Positions 40,136 to 49,830 of a DNA stretch of 63,983 nucleotides are shown piece after piece. The stretch covers positions 1 to 63,983 of the IMG/VR virus record IMGVR_UViG_3300033076_000750; one strand, written 5' to 3'. This DNA comes from a virus. Lineage: Duplodnaviria > Caudoviricetes. A program made the translations under genes and the position numbers. Each line of letters starts with the position of its first letter. Positions within the stretch are counted from its first letter, which is position 1. The notes beneath the pieces are model-generated. The model was given only the letters and a program-made list of their open reading frames with translations. It had not been told where the DNA came from and did no database searches.

Positions 40136-40264
40136 CGAGCGTCCTCAGTGCGTCCGGTCTTTGCGCATGATCACCCGTATGGGAGCGATAAGAGGTCACA
40201 TAGGAAATTGACACAGGGTAACTGAACCCGGCATCAATCGTTAGGCCAGACGAACAGTATTCTT

Positions 40265-40376
40265 CCGGCAGCGAGCTTTCAAGCGCTGCTGGTTGAATTG
40301 AGCGACGGGCAGCAAAAGCAAAAGCAGCGGCATCCAGTCCGTATGACTTGCCAAGCACCGTCGTTCAATTCAGCCA
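40265..40376 (+). ncRNA. Candidate structured RNA (intergenic)
   Basis: 19-bp stem 40290-40308/40358-40376 with two G-U pairs, plus inner and upstream hairpins. Confidence 0.4.
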
Positions 40377-40390
40377 TTACCAATAACCAA

Positions 40391-42019
40391 ATGTCCGACT
40401 GGAACCCAAAGTTCAAACTCAGCCCCCATCAAACAGAGGCTGTGACTAACATCATCCGCTCCTGGAACGGTGAACTCACAGGCGAGCCCATCCAGCGCGT
40501 GATGGCAGTAGCTTGCACAGCATTCGGAAAGACGATTCTTTCCAGCCGCCTGATGTGGCTCGCGCATCGCCGTGGCTACAAGTCATTGTTCATCGTGGAC
40601 CGTGATGAACTTGTGAGCCAGACAGTCAAGAAGCTGTATGCGGCTGCAAACCTCGTGGCTGACTTGGAGAAGGCCAGCGACCGGGCATCACTCGAAGCCG
40701 ACGTGGTCGTGGCATCCGTTCAGAGCCTCCAGAACGCGGAGAGGCTCGCCCGCTTCCCAGCCAACCATTTTGGCGTGGTGATCGCTGACGAGTGCCACCT
40801 ATCACTTGCCCCAGCATGGAAGAAAGTGCTGACATACTTCCAGGAATCCCCAGGCACCAAGATGCTTGGGGTGACGGCAACGCCTGCCCGTGGAGATCGC
40901 AAGAACCTCATGGGCTACTGGCAGCACATCGCCTACAAGATGGACCTCTTCGATGGCATCGACAACGGGCTCGTGGTGCCGATCAAGGTTCACCAGATCG
41001 ACCTCAGTTCGGTGGACATCGAGAAAGTCGAAACCTCGTGCGAGGAGCAGGTGGCTTTGGCTGAGGCAATGATGCCACTTTGGGACGGGATCATTGACGA
41101 GTGGTCCAAAGTCGCAGGCAACCGTAAGACCCTCTGGTTTCACCCATCCATTGCCTCAAGCGAGGCATTCAGCCGCCGACTCCAGGAGCGGGGCTACAGC
41201 AGCAAGCACGTCTCTGGCGTGAGCAAGGATCGCAAGGTGATCATCGAAGAGTTTGCGATCAACAAGTTCCAGAGCCTAAACAACTCCCTTCTACTCACGA
41301 CCGGCTACGATGATGACCAGATCGCGTGCGTGGTGCCCCTGCGTGCCATCGGCAGCAAGGTTCAATACCAGCAGACGGTAGGGCGCGGAATCCGCCTCTA
41401 TTGCCCAAATGGATGCCGGGACTACCGTTCCTGCAAATGCGAGGGAAAGAAGGAGAATCTCCTGCTCATCGACGTGTTCGGCAGCTTCCCACATCTCAGC
41501 GTGATGACGCCCGCCGATCTGTGCTCGGACTCGCCGGAGCAGGTGGACTGGATGAAGAAGCGCATGAAGGCCAAACAAGGTGTTCTCGACCTCCAGGAGG
41601 AGTCGATCATCACGGCCAAGGATCGCGAGCAAGCATTCATCCGCGAGGTCAAGCGGGCACGCAAGGTTGGACGTAAGACGGTCTATGATGCACGCTATGT
41701 CGCCACGCTCCACGGGGACCACGACCTCTTCGATTACGACGCACAGTCACAGGGCTTGTGGGCAGCACAGCCAGCGCTGCCCGTCCAGCTTCAGTATCTC
41801 ACGCAACTCGGAGTCGCGCCAGACTCTGTGATCAGTCGCGGACATGCCTACCAAATAATCACGATGCTCAACAAGAGCCGCAAGCAAGGAGCGCCATCCG
41901 TTCTCCAGCTTGGAAAACTTCAGGAGCTTGGCATTGAGGCCAAGGGACTGAGCAAAGAACAAGCAACCAAACTCATCGAACAACATGGAAACCGAACTGC
42001 ATCTCGGGCTGCAAGATAG
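40391..42019 (+). CDS. SF2 DExH helicase (YejH/Irc3-like)
   Basis: TAFGKT, DECH, TATP, QTVGRGIR. Confidence 0.9.
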   Translation: MSDWNPKFKLSPHQTEAVTNIIRSWNGELTGEPIQRVMAVACTAFGKTILSSRLMWLAHRRGYKSLFIVDRDELVSQTVKKLYAAANLVADLEKASDRASLEADVVVASVQSLQNAERLARFPANHFGVVIADECHLSLAPAWKKVLTYFQESPGTKMLGVTATPARGDRKNLMGYWQHIAYKMDLFDGIDNGLVVPIKVHQIDLSSVDIEKVETSCEEQVALAEAMMPLWDGIIDEWSKVAGNRKTLWFHPSIASSEAFSRRLQERGYSSKHVSGVSKDRKVIIEEFAINKFQSLNNSLLLTTGYDDDQIACVVPLRAIGSKVQYQQTVGRGIRLYCPNGCRDYRSCKCEGKKENLLLIDVFGSFPHLSVMTPADLCSDSPEQVDWMKKRMKAKQGVLDLQEESIITAKDREQAFIREVKRARKVGRKTVYDARYVATLHGDHDLFDYDAQSQGLWAAQPALPVQLQYLTQLGVAPDSVISRGHAYQIITMLNKSRKQGAPSVLQLGKLQELGIEAKGLSKEQATKLIEQHGNRTASRAAR

Positions 42020-42311
42020 ACACCACTCTGCCTCGCGCCTTCCACGCACAACAAAAGCAGTGCCACCACGCATTGACACCGACCACGGGTCCGAAGAATA
42101 CCAGCGACTGATCGACGCTAAGGAGAAATCCGAGCGCAGGATTGCTGGCATTCTCGCTGCACGCAAAGCCGCAAAGGGCATCCAGAAAGAGATCAACTAT
42201 CTCAGGTCCGAGCGCGCCAAGATCAAAGGCAAATCCAGAGCCGCTAAAGATCAGAGGTATGAATTCGACATCAAGATCGACATCCTTCGAGCCACAAAGG
42301 CCGAAACCTAG
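41985..42311 (+). CDS. Hypothetical basic coiled-coil protein
   Basis: ORF track; start uncertain. Confidence 0.5.
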   Translation: METELHLGLQDRHHSASRLPRTTKAVPPRIDTDHGSEEYQRLIDAKEKSERRIAGILAARKAAKGIQKEINYLRSERAKIKGKSRAAKDQRYEFDIKIDILRATKAET

Positions 42312-42365
42312 ACGTTGACAAAAATCCACATCAAGTCCACATAAACACGCCACACCAACACGCCC

Positions 42366-42638
42366 ATGAACCCACCTCCTGAAAAACGCATGAAGCCTCG
42401 CTTCTTCAACCGTATCGCCATGGCTATCGCCGCCGTCTTCTCTGCCATCACCGGCAAGAGTGGATTGTCCGGCAAGCCCATCAACCTCGCCAACGCCATG
42501 GGCCTTGGAGGCTCGCTGGCGCACCCGGTATTCAATGGGGGTGGCAACATCTCCATTCGCCGCTCCCACCGGACCACCAACCAGCGCAAACGGCGCAAGC
42601 ACTTCCGCGCACAAATCGCCAACGGATCAGTCCGGTGA
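42366..42638 (+). CDS. Hypothetical basic protein
   Basis: A/C-rich leader; TTGACA upstream. Confidence 0.55.
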   Translation: MNPPPEKRMKPRFFNRIAMAIAAVFSAITGKSGLSGKPINLANAMGLGGSLAHPVFNGGGNISIRRSHRTTNQRKRRKHFRAQIANGSVR

Positions 42639-42829
42639 CTCCATCAGAGCGCAGAACCCTCCGCAAGGCCCAGGGGCTTTGCACGAGATGCCCCCAGCCA
42701 TCGGAGCCGGGGGCATCTCTATGTTTGGCGTGCGGTATCAGCGCACGCCTCCAAATGAGAGAAAGGAGCGGCAGCGGGCAGCAAAAGAACTCCAACCGGG
42801 GGAGGCCGTCAAAGTATGCCAAAGGCTAA
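42635..42829 (+). CDS. Small CxxC-CxxC zinc-binding protein
   Basis: GLCTRC...CLAC. Confidence 0.55.
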   Translation: MTPSERRTLRKAQGLCTRCPQPSEPGASLCLACGISARLQMRERSGSGQQKNSNRGRPSKYAKG

Positions 42830-43361
42830 ACCCAAGGCAAAGGTTCCTATGGAGGTCGCGGTGATCGAGGAGTTGAAGAAAGAGGACTTTGATTTCTGCC
42901 TGCACCGCGCCCTCAACAAATCGGACATCGAATCATTCCAGCTTGCCTACGGCGGCACGAAGCAGGCGGCGACATCCAACGCATGGCGCAAAGCCAACAA
43001 CCCCAAGATCATAGCGGCTACCAACCACCTGCGAAAGCAGATGGCGAGCAGTCGTGTGGAGTCAGCGATCCTCACCGAACAAGAGATTCTCGGCTTCTGC
43101 GCACGGGCCATCCGCACACCCCTATCGCAGCTCAATGAGCACGACCCACTGGTTGTCGAGATGACGACCGAAGTTAGCCCGATGGGCAGCGTGAAAAAGA
43201 AATACAAGAAGGCCAACCCGCTCGATGCGGCGAAGGTGGCCCTAACCATCATCAGCAACGGAGACAACTCGGCACCGAAGCCGATTGGCTCGATCCTCCT
43301 CCAGATCATCAACCAGGGCATCCCGGAGGAGAGGGATGTCACACCGATCAATGAGCAATGA
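42816..43361 (+). CDS. terS: Terminase small subunit
   Basis: AY...A.SNAW...NPKI...L; lies upstream of TerL. Confidence 0.65.
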   Translation: MPKAKPKAKVPMEVAVIEELKKEDFDFCLHRALNKSDIESFQLAYGGTKQAATSNAWRKANNPKIIAATNHLRKQMASSRVESAILTEQEILGFCARAIRTPLSQLNEHDPLVVEMTTEVSPMGSVKKKYKKANPLDAAKVALTIISNGDNSAPKPIGSILLQIINQGIPEERDVTPINEQ

Positions 43362-43759
43362 CTCCCGAAGACCTAGCACAACGTATGGATAATAACGAGG
43401 TATTGAGTGAGCCGGTAACAGAGCTGCTCTCCAAAGAAGAGATTATCACAATCATTAAGGAGGCAGCAAAAATTGCCAAAAAGTCCATTGAGATAACCAG
43501 TCGCATTGGAGAATGGAAAACTGACTATGAGCGATCAACCTCTGTGCGCGAATTCATCAGCTACAAGTTCACTGACAACCAAAATGAAGTGAAGTGGATT
43601 GAGCCGCCACCGGCATCAAGGCGTGCTCAGCATAACCCATTCGCCACCCTGTTTAGCCTCCAGACGAAGACCTCCGAATTCGTTAAATCATTCTTGCAGG
43701 TCCGAACTCCGACCTGTAAGAAGCGCGCCTCCGCCCACTTCGATCTGACCGATGTCTGA
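43358..43759 (+). CDS. Hypothetical protein between terS and terL
   Basis: ATGA-coupled. Confidence 0.55.
   Translation: MTPEDLAQRMDNNEVLSEPVTELLSKEEIITIIKEAAKIAKKSIEITSRIGEWKTDYERSTSVREFISYKFTDNQNEVKWIEPPPASRRAQHNPFATLFSLQTKTSEFVKSFLQVRTPTCKKRASAHFDLTDV
43699..43714. promoter_or_regulatory. 16-bp operator site upstream of terL
   Basis: CA-GGTCCGAACTCCGACC-TG. Confidence 0.7.
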
Positions 43760-46040
43760 GCCAGCTCCACCAACCCAGGAGCAGCTAGCGTCTCCCCTCT
43801 GGCGGATTCGCTCTATTTACACGATCAGAAATCGCAAGGGTAAGCCACAGAAGTTCACGCCGACCCCCGAGCAGGAGCAGGTGCTACACCAAATCTATGT
43901 CCTCAAGAGGAAGAAGATTTTCATTCCAAAGGCTCGCCAGCTTGGGATGAGCACACTGATTGCCATCATCATTCTCGACTCAATCCTATTCGGCACCGGG
44001 GTTCAGATCAGCATCAGTGACTTCGTGGCAGGCAATGCGAAGAAGAAGCTCGAAGAGAAGATCGTCTATGCGTTCGACAAGCTGCCCGCAGACTGGAAAG
44101 CTGGGTGGACGGTGGTCACGCATAACAAGCAGTCTGGAGAGTTTCGATTGCGCGCATCGCACCTTGAGGGCGTGGACAAAGAGAGCGCTGTCTATGCCGG
44201 AGACTCGATTCGTGGTGGCACCAACCAGCTCATCCACCTTTCCGAACTCGGCGAGACGCAGATCAAAGCACCGGAGCGCGCCCGTGAGACGATTGAGGGT
44301 GGTATGCCATCGGCGGAAGATGCGATCATCGTCATCGAGACGACGTGGCATGGCGGAAAGCACGGGCAGCTATACCGAATCCTGGACGACGCACTCACCA
44401 CTCCAGATGCCGAGAAAGACCCAGACAAAGATTTCTTTGTCATGTTCTTCTCCTGGGACTCAGAGCCATCCTATGTCCACAAAGGCGACCCAGCTAGCAT
44501 CACGCCAGAGACTCACGCATACTTTGAGGGACTAACCAGAAGGAACGGAAAGACATACACCAACCCGCAGCGCCTCTGGTATCAGAAGCAGAAAGCAAAA
44601 TACGGCGAGCGCGTATATTCGATCTACCCATCGGAGATTGCTGAAATCTTCCTATCGCCGGTCGAGGGCGCGGTGTTCGCCAAAGAGATCGACATCGCCC
44701 GTGGGTCAGGGCGCATCAACAAGTTCCCCCACGATCCAACACGACCCGTTCACACGCTCTGGGACATCGGAGCGCCAGAGAACACCATCGTCTGGTATTT
44801 CCAGATCATCGACAATATGTTCAGGTTCATCGACTGCGATGTTGAGAGCGGCAAGAACAAGGACGGAAAGGACAACGGAGAGATCAAGGGTCTTGACATC
44901 ACATTCCCTGAACGGGTGAAGCACATGAACGGCAAGCCGTATCGCTACGGATACCACTACCTGCCACACGACGGACGAAACAAAACCGACTTACGCAACC
45001 GCACAACAGCACAGGAAGACCTGAAGAGGCATGGGCTCAACGGAACGATCATGGTTGTAGATCGTATTGGTCAGAAGTATCTGGCAGTGGACAAGACCAA
45101 GCAGATGTTCTGGCAGTTCGAGTTCGACTCCGAGAAGTGCGGGCACGCTGTCGATGCCCTCGCCATGTATCGCCGCAAGCAAGACCCTTGGGATGACAAG
45201 AAGTTCCTCAACGAGTTTGTCCACGACTGGACCTCGCATCTCGCCGACTCATTTATGCAGTTGGCAACCGCATCACTATTCAGCTATCTTACGGGAGAAG
45301 GAAACGAATCTATGACAAACATGATGTTGGACCACGATGCTATCAAAAAGATGTCCAGCAAGGCATCGACCGAAAAACCAATCAATGGCGTCATCACGCG
45401 CCAGGGAGCACGCCTCATGTTCACACGAGACGAGAGCAAGGCTTGGATGTCGAAGTGGGATTCGCCTCGCTGGGGTCACTCATATCTAACCGTGATCCAC
45501 AACGGCATCTTCCAAGTGTGGCAAACTCCATTTGTTCAGGAGGATGAGGTGGAGGCCGTGGACAAGAGCAAGCCGATGCGTCTCGTGGCTTGCAGCAGAC
45601 CAGACTCACGAGTGGACGAAGACTTGCTCGTGGATTGGGCAGCTATGGCGTCAAAGATTTACGGCGACTGCATTGTCATCCCAACCATCGGAGAACGCGA
45701 CAAGATCATCGAGAAGCTATGGGCGCACGACTGCATGATCTACCGACGCGATGTGCGCGCCAGCATGAAGCCAGTGGGCAGAGAGCGCCCAGCGAAGAAG
45801 CCTGGATTTGAGTTCAGCCCAGCGATCAAGGCCGATGCCATGGAGGAACTCGTGTCATTCGTGCGTGACGGCAACATCGAGTTCTGGGACATGAATCTCA
45901 TCGCCCAAACGCACACCTATACCACGAGCCCAGATGGAGTCCATGGAGTCGAGCCAGGGCATGACGGAAGGCGCGTGGAAGCCGCAGCCATCGCTGTCCT
46001 GTGCCGAAGTTCAGCAACATTGTTCGAGGGAGCAAAATAA
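43752..46040 (+). CDS. terL: Terminase large subunit with an extra degenerate C-terminal domain
   Basis: KARQLGMST, IHLSE, ETT, LWDIG, LPHDG, HDWTSHLADSF. Confidence 0.9.
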   Translation: MSEPAPPTQEQLASPLWRIRSIYTIRNRKGKPQKFTPTPEQEQVLHQIYVLKRKKIFIPKARQLGMSTLIAIIILDSILFGTGVQISISDFVAGNAKKKLEEKIVYAFDKLPADWKAGWTVVTHNKQSGEFRLRASHLEGVDKESAVYAGDSIRGGTNQLIHLSELGETQIKAPERARETIEGGMPSAEDAIIVIETTWHGGKHGQLYRILDDALTTPDAEKDPDKDFFVMFFSWDSEPSYVHKGDPASITPETHAYFEGLTRRNGKTYTNPQRLWYQKQKAKYGERVYSIYPSEIAEIFLSPVEGAVFAKEIDIARGSGRINKFPHDPTRPVHTLWDIGAPENTIVWYFQIIDNMFRFIDCDVESGKNKDGKDNGEIKGLDITFPERVKHMNGKPYRYGYHYLPHDGRNKTDLRNRTTAQEDLKRHGLNGTIMVVDRIGQKYLAVDKTKQMFWQFEFDSEKCGHAVDALAMYRRKQDPWDDKKFLNEFVHDWTSHLADSFMQLATASLFSYLTGEGNESMTNMMLDHDAIKKMSSKASTEKPINGVITRQGARLMFTRDESKAWMSKWDSPRWGHSYLTVIHNGIFQVWQTPFVQEDEVEAVDKSKPMRLVACSRPDSRVDEDLLVDWAAMASKIYGDCIVIPTIGERDKIIEKLWAHDCMIYRRDVRASMKPVGRERPAKKPGFEFSPAIKADAMEELVSFVRDGNIEFWDMNLIAQTHTYTTSPDGVHGVEPGHDGRRVEAAAIAVLCRSSATLFEGAK

Positions 46041-46078
46041 ACCATTGCCAACTCAAAAATTGGCACAGATGTTTTCGC

Positions 46079-46549
46079 ATGAGCAATAATTGGGCATCAA
46101 CAGGTGGCAGCGGAGTGAGAACTCTCGTGAATGGTCGTATGGTTGACCAAGCCTCTCCAGAGGGGCAAAAGCACATGGCAAATCTGGTGGCGCACAACCA
46201 GAAGCGCGTGACTGACGATGCCAAACGAAAAACGGACATCGAGCGCAGTAAGGCTTTGCTTGAGCTGAACGACCGATCTACAGAGCTTGCCTCTGGATTG
46301 GCAAACGCACGAGTCAATGCCGCCGCAGGCAGTGGGACACGCGGAATGAGCCGCAGGGTCCATCGCCGCCAAGGAACGAGCGCATTTGCCGCCCTTGGAA
46401 AACTCCAGGCCGAGAACATCAAGACGCAGACCGAGGGCGTCAACAAGCTGTTCGATCAGGTGCAGGCAGACCGCACGCAGTCATCCCCGGCATTCGCCTC
46501 TATGGCACCAGCCAAGCCCAAAATCCGCGTCCCAAAAATCGGCAAATGA
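46079..46549 (+). CDS. Hypothetical basic protein (possible internal virion protein)
   Basis: ORF after terL; contains SAFAAL. Confidence 0.6.
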   Translation: MSNNWASTGGSGVRTLVNGRMVDQASPEGQKHMANLVAHNQKRVTDDAKRKTDIERSKALLELNDRSTELASGLANARVNAAAGSGTRGMSRRVHRRQGTSAFAALGKLQAENIKTQTEGVNKLFDQVQADRTQSSPAFASMAPAKPKIRVPKIGK

Positions 46550-46764
46550 GATCACTCCTTCTACGCATCGCCTGCCTCTACATCCGCAACCACGTCATCA
46601 ACCAGATGACAAAAGCTGGTTGGACGAGGCACCCAACCAATCCCGCCCACTGGAACACCAAGCCCCAGGTGATCGACGGGCACGAGCACAGCTCATCCGT
46701 CCACGAGGTCGCCGCCTCTGGAATGTTACTCACCGACACGCTCAACGACCTCTACCACAAGTAA
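46546..46764 (+). CDS. Hypothetical protein
   Basis: ATGA-coupled. Confidence 0.5.
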   Translation: MRSLLLRIACLYIRNHVINQMTKAGWTRHPTNPAHWNTKPQVIDGHEHSSSVHEVAASGMLLTDTLNDLYHK

Positions 46765-46768
46765 CGCC

Positions 46769-47200
46769 ATGGCATCTGCATTTTCTGCGCTCAAGCCGCC
46801 CTCACGAGAGGATAGGATTGCTGCTGCGAAGAAGGATGGGTCGTTCCATGGGAAGCGAGACGCATACAATAAATCCGCCAAGGCTCATGGGTATGAGATG
46901 GATGAAAATGGGACCATCAAGAAGGCAATATCATCTCGTGGCTACACGGCAAAGGATCGCCCAAAGCAACTCCCAGAAGTAACAAAGAGGGTCGAAGATG
47001 ATCCTATCGAGGACGATATAATGAACCAAATTGTTGCGACAGAAAGAATGGTAAAAAGAACCCAACACTTGCTGAACGAACAAAGGCTTCGAGGTTCCGG
47101 TAGGCACAAAGAAGCGTCCATCCAAAAGCACCTCCATAATCAACTTCTACCAGACGAAGATGAAAGTAAAAGAGGGGCGCAAGTCTTTCAATCACCATAA
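46769..47200 (+). CDS. Hypothetical protein, N-terminus MASAFSALK
   Basis: ORF; shared N-terminal motif. Confidence 0.6.
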   Translation: MASAFSALKPPSREDRIAAAKKDGSFHGKRDAYNKSAKAHGYEMDENGTIKKAISSRGYTAKDRPKQLPEVTKRVEDDPIEDDIMNQIVATERMVKRTQHLLNEQRLRGSGRHKEASIQKHLHNQLLPDEDESKRGAQVFQSP

Positions 47201-47212
47201 CAACACACCTCC

Positions 47213-47545
47213 ATGTCAGCATTCGCCGCCATCAAGAAGGCCGAGGAATTCGGCAAAAACTACGCTCAGAAACGCGACATTCTCGCCACCGCTCACATGG
47301 CTGGCGAATACGACGACGAGCCTTCGATGAAGTCTGGTCGCTATGACGAGACGGGTCGCCGCCGTGATGGCCGCAAACGCATCCAGGGTTATACCGCAGC
47401 CCAGCGATACACCGGCATGGCTAATCGTGAAGCCGGTATCCAGCAGGACATGAACGACCTGAAGAAGAAGAAAAGGATGACCGACTCTCCGAGCAGGCCG
47501 GACATCAAACGTGGAGCCGATGGCTTCCCAACCTCCGCATACTGA
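47213..47545 (+). CDS. Hypothetical protein, N-terminus MSAFAAIK
   Basis: ORF; shared N-terminal motif. Confidence 0.65.
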   Translation: MSAFAAIKKAEEFGKNYAQKRDILATAHMAGEYDDEPSMKSGRYDETGRRRDGRKRIQGYTAAQRYTGMANREAGIQQDMNDLKKKKRMTDSPSRPDIKRGADGFPTSAY

Positions 47546-47844
47546 TGCCGTCTGCATTCAAAGCTCTGAAGCCGAATCCGCACAAGCCTGGGTCGCTCGA
47601 TCACGAGTTGCTTGAGACGAAGCGCGACATTAAGCGAGCTAAACGCGGCGAGCCGGGGGAAGCGTCACTTGAAGAGATGCGCCAAACCAAAAAGCGTATC
47701 AAGCGTGAGATTAAGGAGGCGGACGACCAGGAGCGTGCTGCCGAAAAAGTGGAGCGCGACACCTACCTCCGCATGAGGGCGAAGGACACGGAGCCACGGC
47801 AACTGGCACCGATCCACATCAAGCCCAAGCACCGCTTCTTGTAG
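47545..47844 (+). CDS. Hypothetical protein, N-terminus MPSAFKALK
   Basis: TGATG-coupled; shared motif. Confidence 0.65.
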   Translation: MPSAFKALKPNPHKPGSLDHELLETKRDIKRAKRGEPGEASLEEMRQTKKRIKREIKEADDQERAAEKVERDTYLRMRAKDTEPRQLAPIHIKPKHRFL

Positions 47845-47859
47845 GTCCGAGTTCGGACC
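47844..47859. promoter_or_regulatory. 16-bp operator upstream of a promoter (TTGCGT-16-CATACT)
   Basis: GGTCCGAGTTCGGACC; downstream CACGCCACCCGGCGCACCAAA leader shared with the 28151 promoter. Confidence 0.75.
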
Positions 47860-47954
47860 TGTGAAGAAAGTGATAAAAAAAATTTGCGTTCAGTCTGGAG
47901 CGCCCCATACTCCAATCACGCCACCCGGCGCACCAAACTCAACTACCAAATACC

Positions 47955-48515
47955 ATGAGCCAAATCAGCCCCCAAGCCCAATCCCTCATCGACACCGTCA
48001 AAGCCTGTAAAGGACAGTTCATCCGTGTCGAATATCAGACCAACGTCAAGACCGCTGCCGCCCACAAGGATGTGACGATCACCAAGTTCGTCAACGGCAT
48101 CTTCCGCACCGGCATCGACTACGCGAACAAAGCCAGCGTCAAAGAGGCTATCGCCAGCGGCGAGCGTGGCGATGTCCAACCCCTTGCTTGGGGCGAGTGG
48201 GCAGTCTTCCCCTGGATCATCACCCACAAGGGGGCTGAATACGTCCGCTTGTTCCCTGTCTCGCACGCCACAGCCCGCCCCGAGGTCCGCTACACGATCA
48301 GTGATCCAAAGCGCGCCAGCGGCTTCACTGAGAACGCCCCAGCGACCAAAGATGAGGTCGCCGCCTACCTCACCCCAGGCGACAAGGCAAAGCTCTTCGA
48401 GGAGCGTGAATCCCTTGAGTGCTTCAACAAGAAGATCGCCGATGTCAGCGTTATCGGTTGCTGGCACAACGAAACGAGCCAGGAGATCATCGACGCTGAA
48501 CTCGGAGGCTTCTAG
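47955..48515 (+). CDS. Conserved phage hypothetical protein
   Basis: GIDY.N...LAWGEW..FPWIITHKG.EYVRL. Confidence 0.75.
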   Translation: MSQISPQAQSLIDTVKACKGQFIRVEYQTNVKTAAAHKDVTITKFVNGIFRTGIDYANKASVKEAIASGERGDVQPLAWGEWAVFPWIITHKGAEYVRLFPVSHATARPEVRYTISDPKRASGFTENAPATKDEVAAYLTPGDKAKLFEERESLECFNKKIADVSVIGCWHNETSQEIIDAELGGF

Positions 48516-48699
48516 CCATGCTCCGCACCCCCTTCATCCACCCCTGTCCACAATGCGGTCACAAGTGCCGCAGCACACCGGCTCTCGAAGTCCACCAATC
48601 ACTCGTTCACGGCATCAAGATCAAAGACTTGACGCCACTCGAAAAAGAAGCACAATCACTGCCGCACGGCAACTGAACAACACCCCACCCACCACACCC

Positions 48700-48930
48700 A
48701 TGAATACCCCACTCGGAGCCTACGCTCAATCTCGCCAGGACACCCAGGACGCACAGGAAGCCCGCTTCCGCCGCCAGTATGGCGTTGACACCGCCACCAC
48801 CCTCAAAGGCAAGGTGCGCGCCGTCAAAGCGGTCGCCAGTCGCATCAAACACCTCGCTGAATGCAAGCAGCGCGTGGAGTTCGCCAAACGCATCCTGGGT
48901 GCCTCTGGACGCTCCCCAGCGTTTGGCTGA
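48700..48930 (+). CDS. Hypothetical protein
   Basis: Preceded by TTGACG-16-CACAAT and an A/C leader. Confidence 0.6.
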   Translation: MNTPLGAYAQSRQDTQDAQEARFRRQYGVDTATTLKGKVRAVKAVASRIKHLAECKQRVEFAKRILGASGRSPAFG

Positions 48931-48939
48931 TAGCATCAT

Positions 48940-49017
48940 CTGGTGGTAGCTCAGCATGGTAGAGCACTGGACTTGGAATCCAGTGGTTCGTGAGTTCAAA
49001 TCCAACTCACCAGACCA
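48940..49017 (+). tRNA. tRNA-Pro(TGG) with degenerate T-stem
   Basis: Acceptor CTGGTGG/TCACCAG, anticodon arm CTGGA-CTTGGAA-TCCAG, TTCAAAT, encoded CCA. Confidence 0.8.
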
Positions 49018-49022
49018 ATTTC

Positions 49023-49098
49023 GTCAGAGTGGACAAGCGGTAAAGTCGTCAGCCTCATAAGCTGAAGATCGTTGGTTCAAATCCAACCTCTGACCCCA
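49023..49098 (+). tRNA. tRNA with CAT anticodon (Met-like)
   Basis: GTCAGAG/CTCTGAC acceptor, TCAGC-CTCATAA-GCTGA, GTTGG-TTCAAAT-CCAAC, CCA. Confidence 0.9.
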
Positions 49099-49593
49099 AT
49101 TTCCGAAAGGAACGGACAACCTGTGAGTGTCCGATAGCGACGACTGGTTTTTCGATTGATTTGTCCAGCATAATAAACTCCACCGAGGGAGTGAACGTCA
49201 ACCGCAGGCTCGGCCCCCATATCCAATTTTCCGGCACACCTCATTCCGTTAAGCATCGGACACTACGCCGGACCACGGCTGAAAACATGACCGCCCGAGA
49301 TCACAATCGAGCCATGCCAGTAAGCCACCCCACCACAACCATCCACACAAAACTCGATAGCCAGGGAGGGGCTTATTCTACCATGAAATAGATCACGCAC
49401 ACAGCCACCGGGACCAACCGGAAGATTTACACAACGCCGCCCTTCCCACTTCAGCGGCATGTTAGGAAGTGGATATTTAGATCGTGGCATTTGCAGTGAG
49501 GGGCTTGTTGTCCGGTGACTCCTTCGCCGAGGGTAGATGGTTCAACTCCTAGAGCAGCGACCTGACCAAGTGCCACGATCTAAGTTTAACCAA

Positions 49594-49830
49594 ATGAGCC
49601 CAAACACACACATCATCGACATGAGCAAAGAGGCGCTCGAAGACCTCAACGATGCGCTCGCAGACGAGGGTATCAGCATCGAGTTTGGAGTCTCTGAAGG
49701 CTTCGCGTTCTACATCTGCCACGGCGGTAGTGGGGCATCGACTGGCAGGATCAGGGTCGATCCATTCACCAAAGCCAGCGAGTGCTGGAAGATCGCCAGG
49801 GACTTGTTCCCGGACCCATTTCCAGTATGA
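49594..49830 (+). CDS. Hypothetical protein
   Basis: A/C leader, coupled to the next gene. Confidence 0.55.
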   Translation: MSPNTHIIDMSKEALEDLNDALADEGISIEFGVSEGFAFYICHGGSGASTGRIRVDPFTKASECWKIARDLFPDPFPV

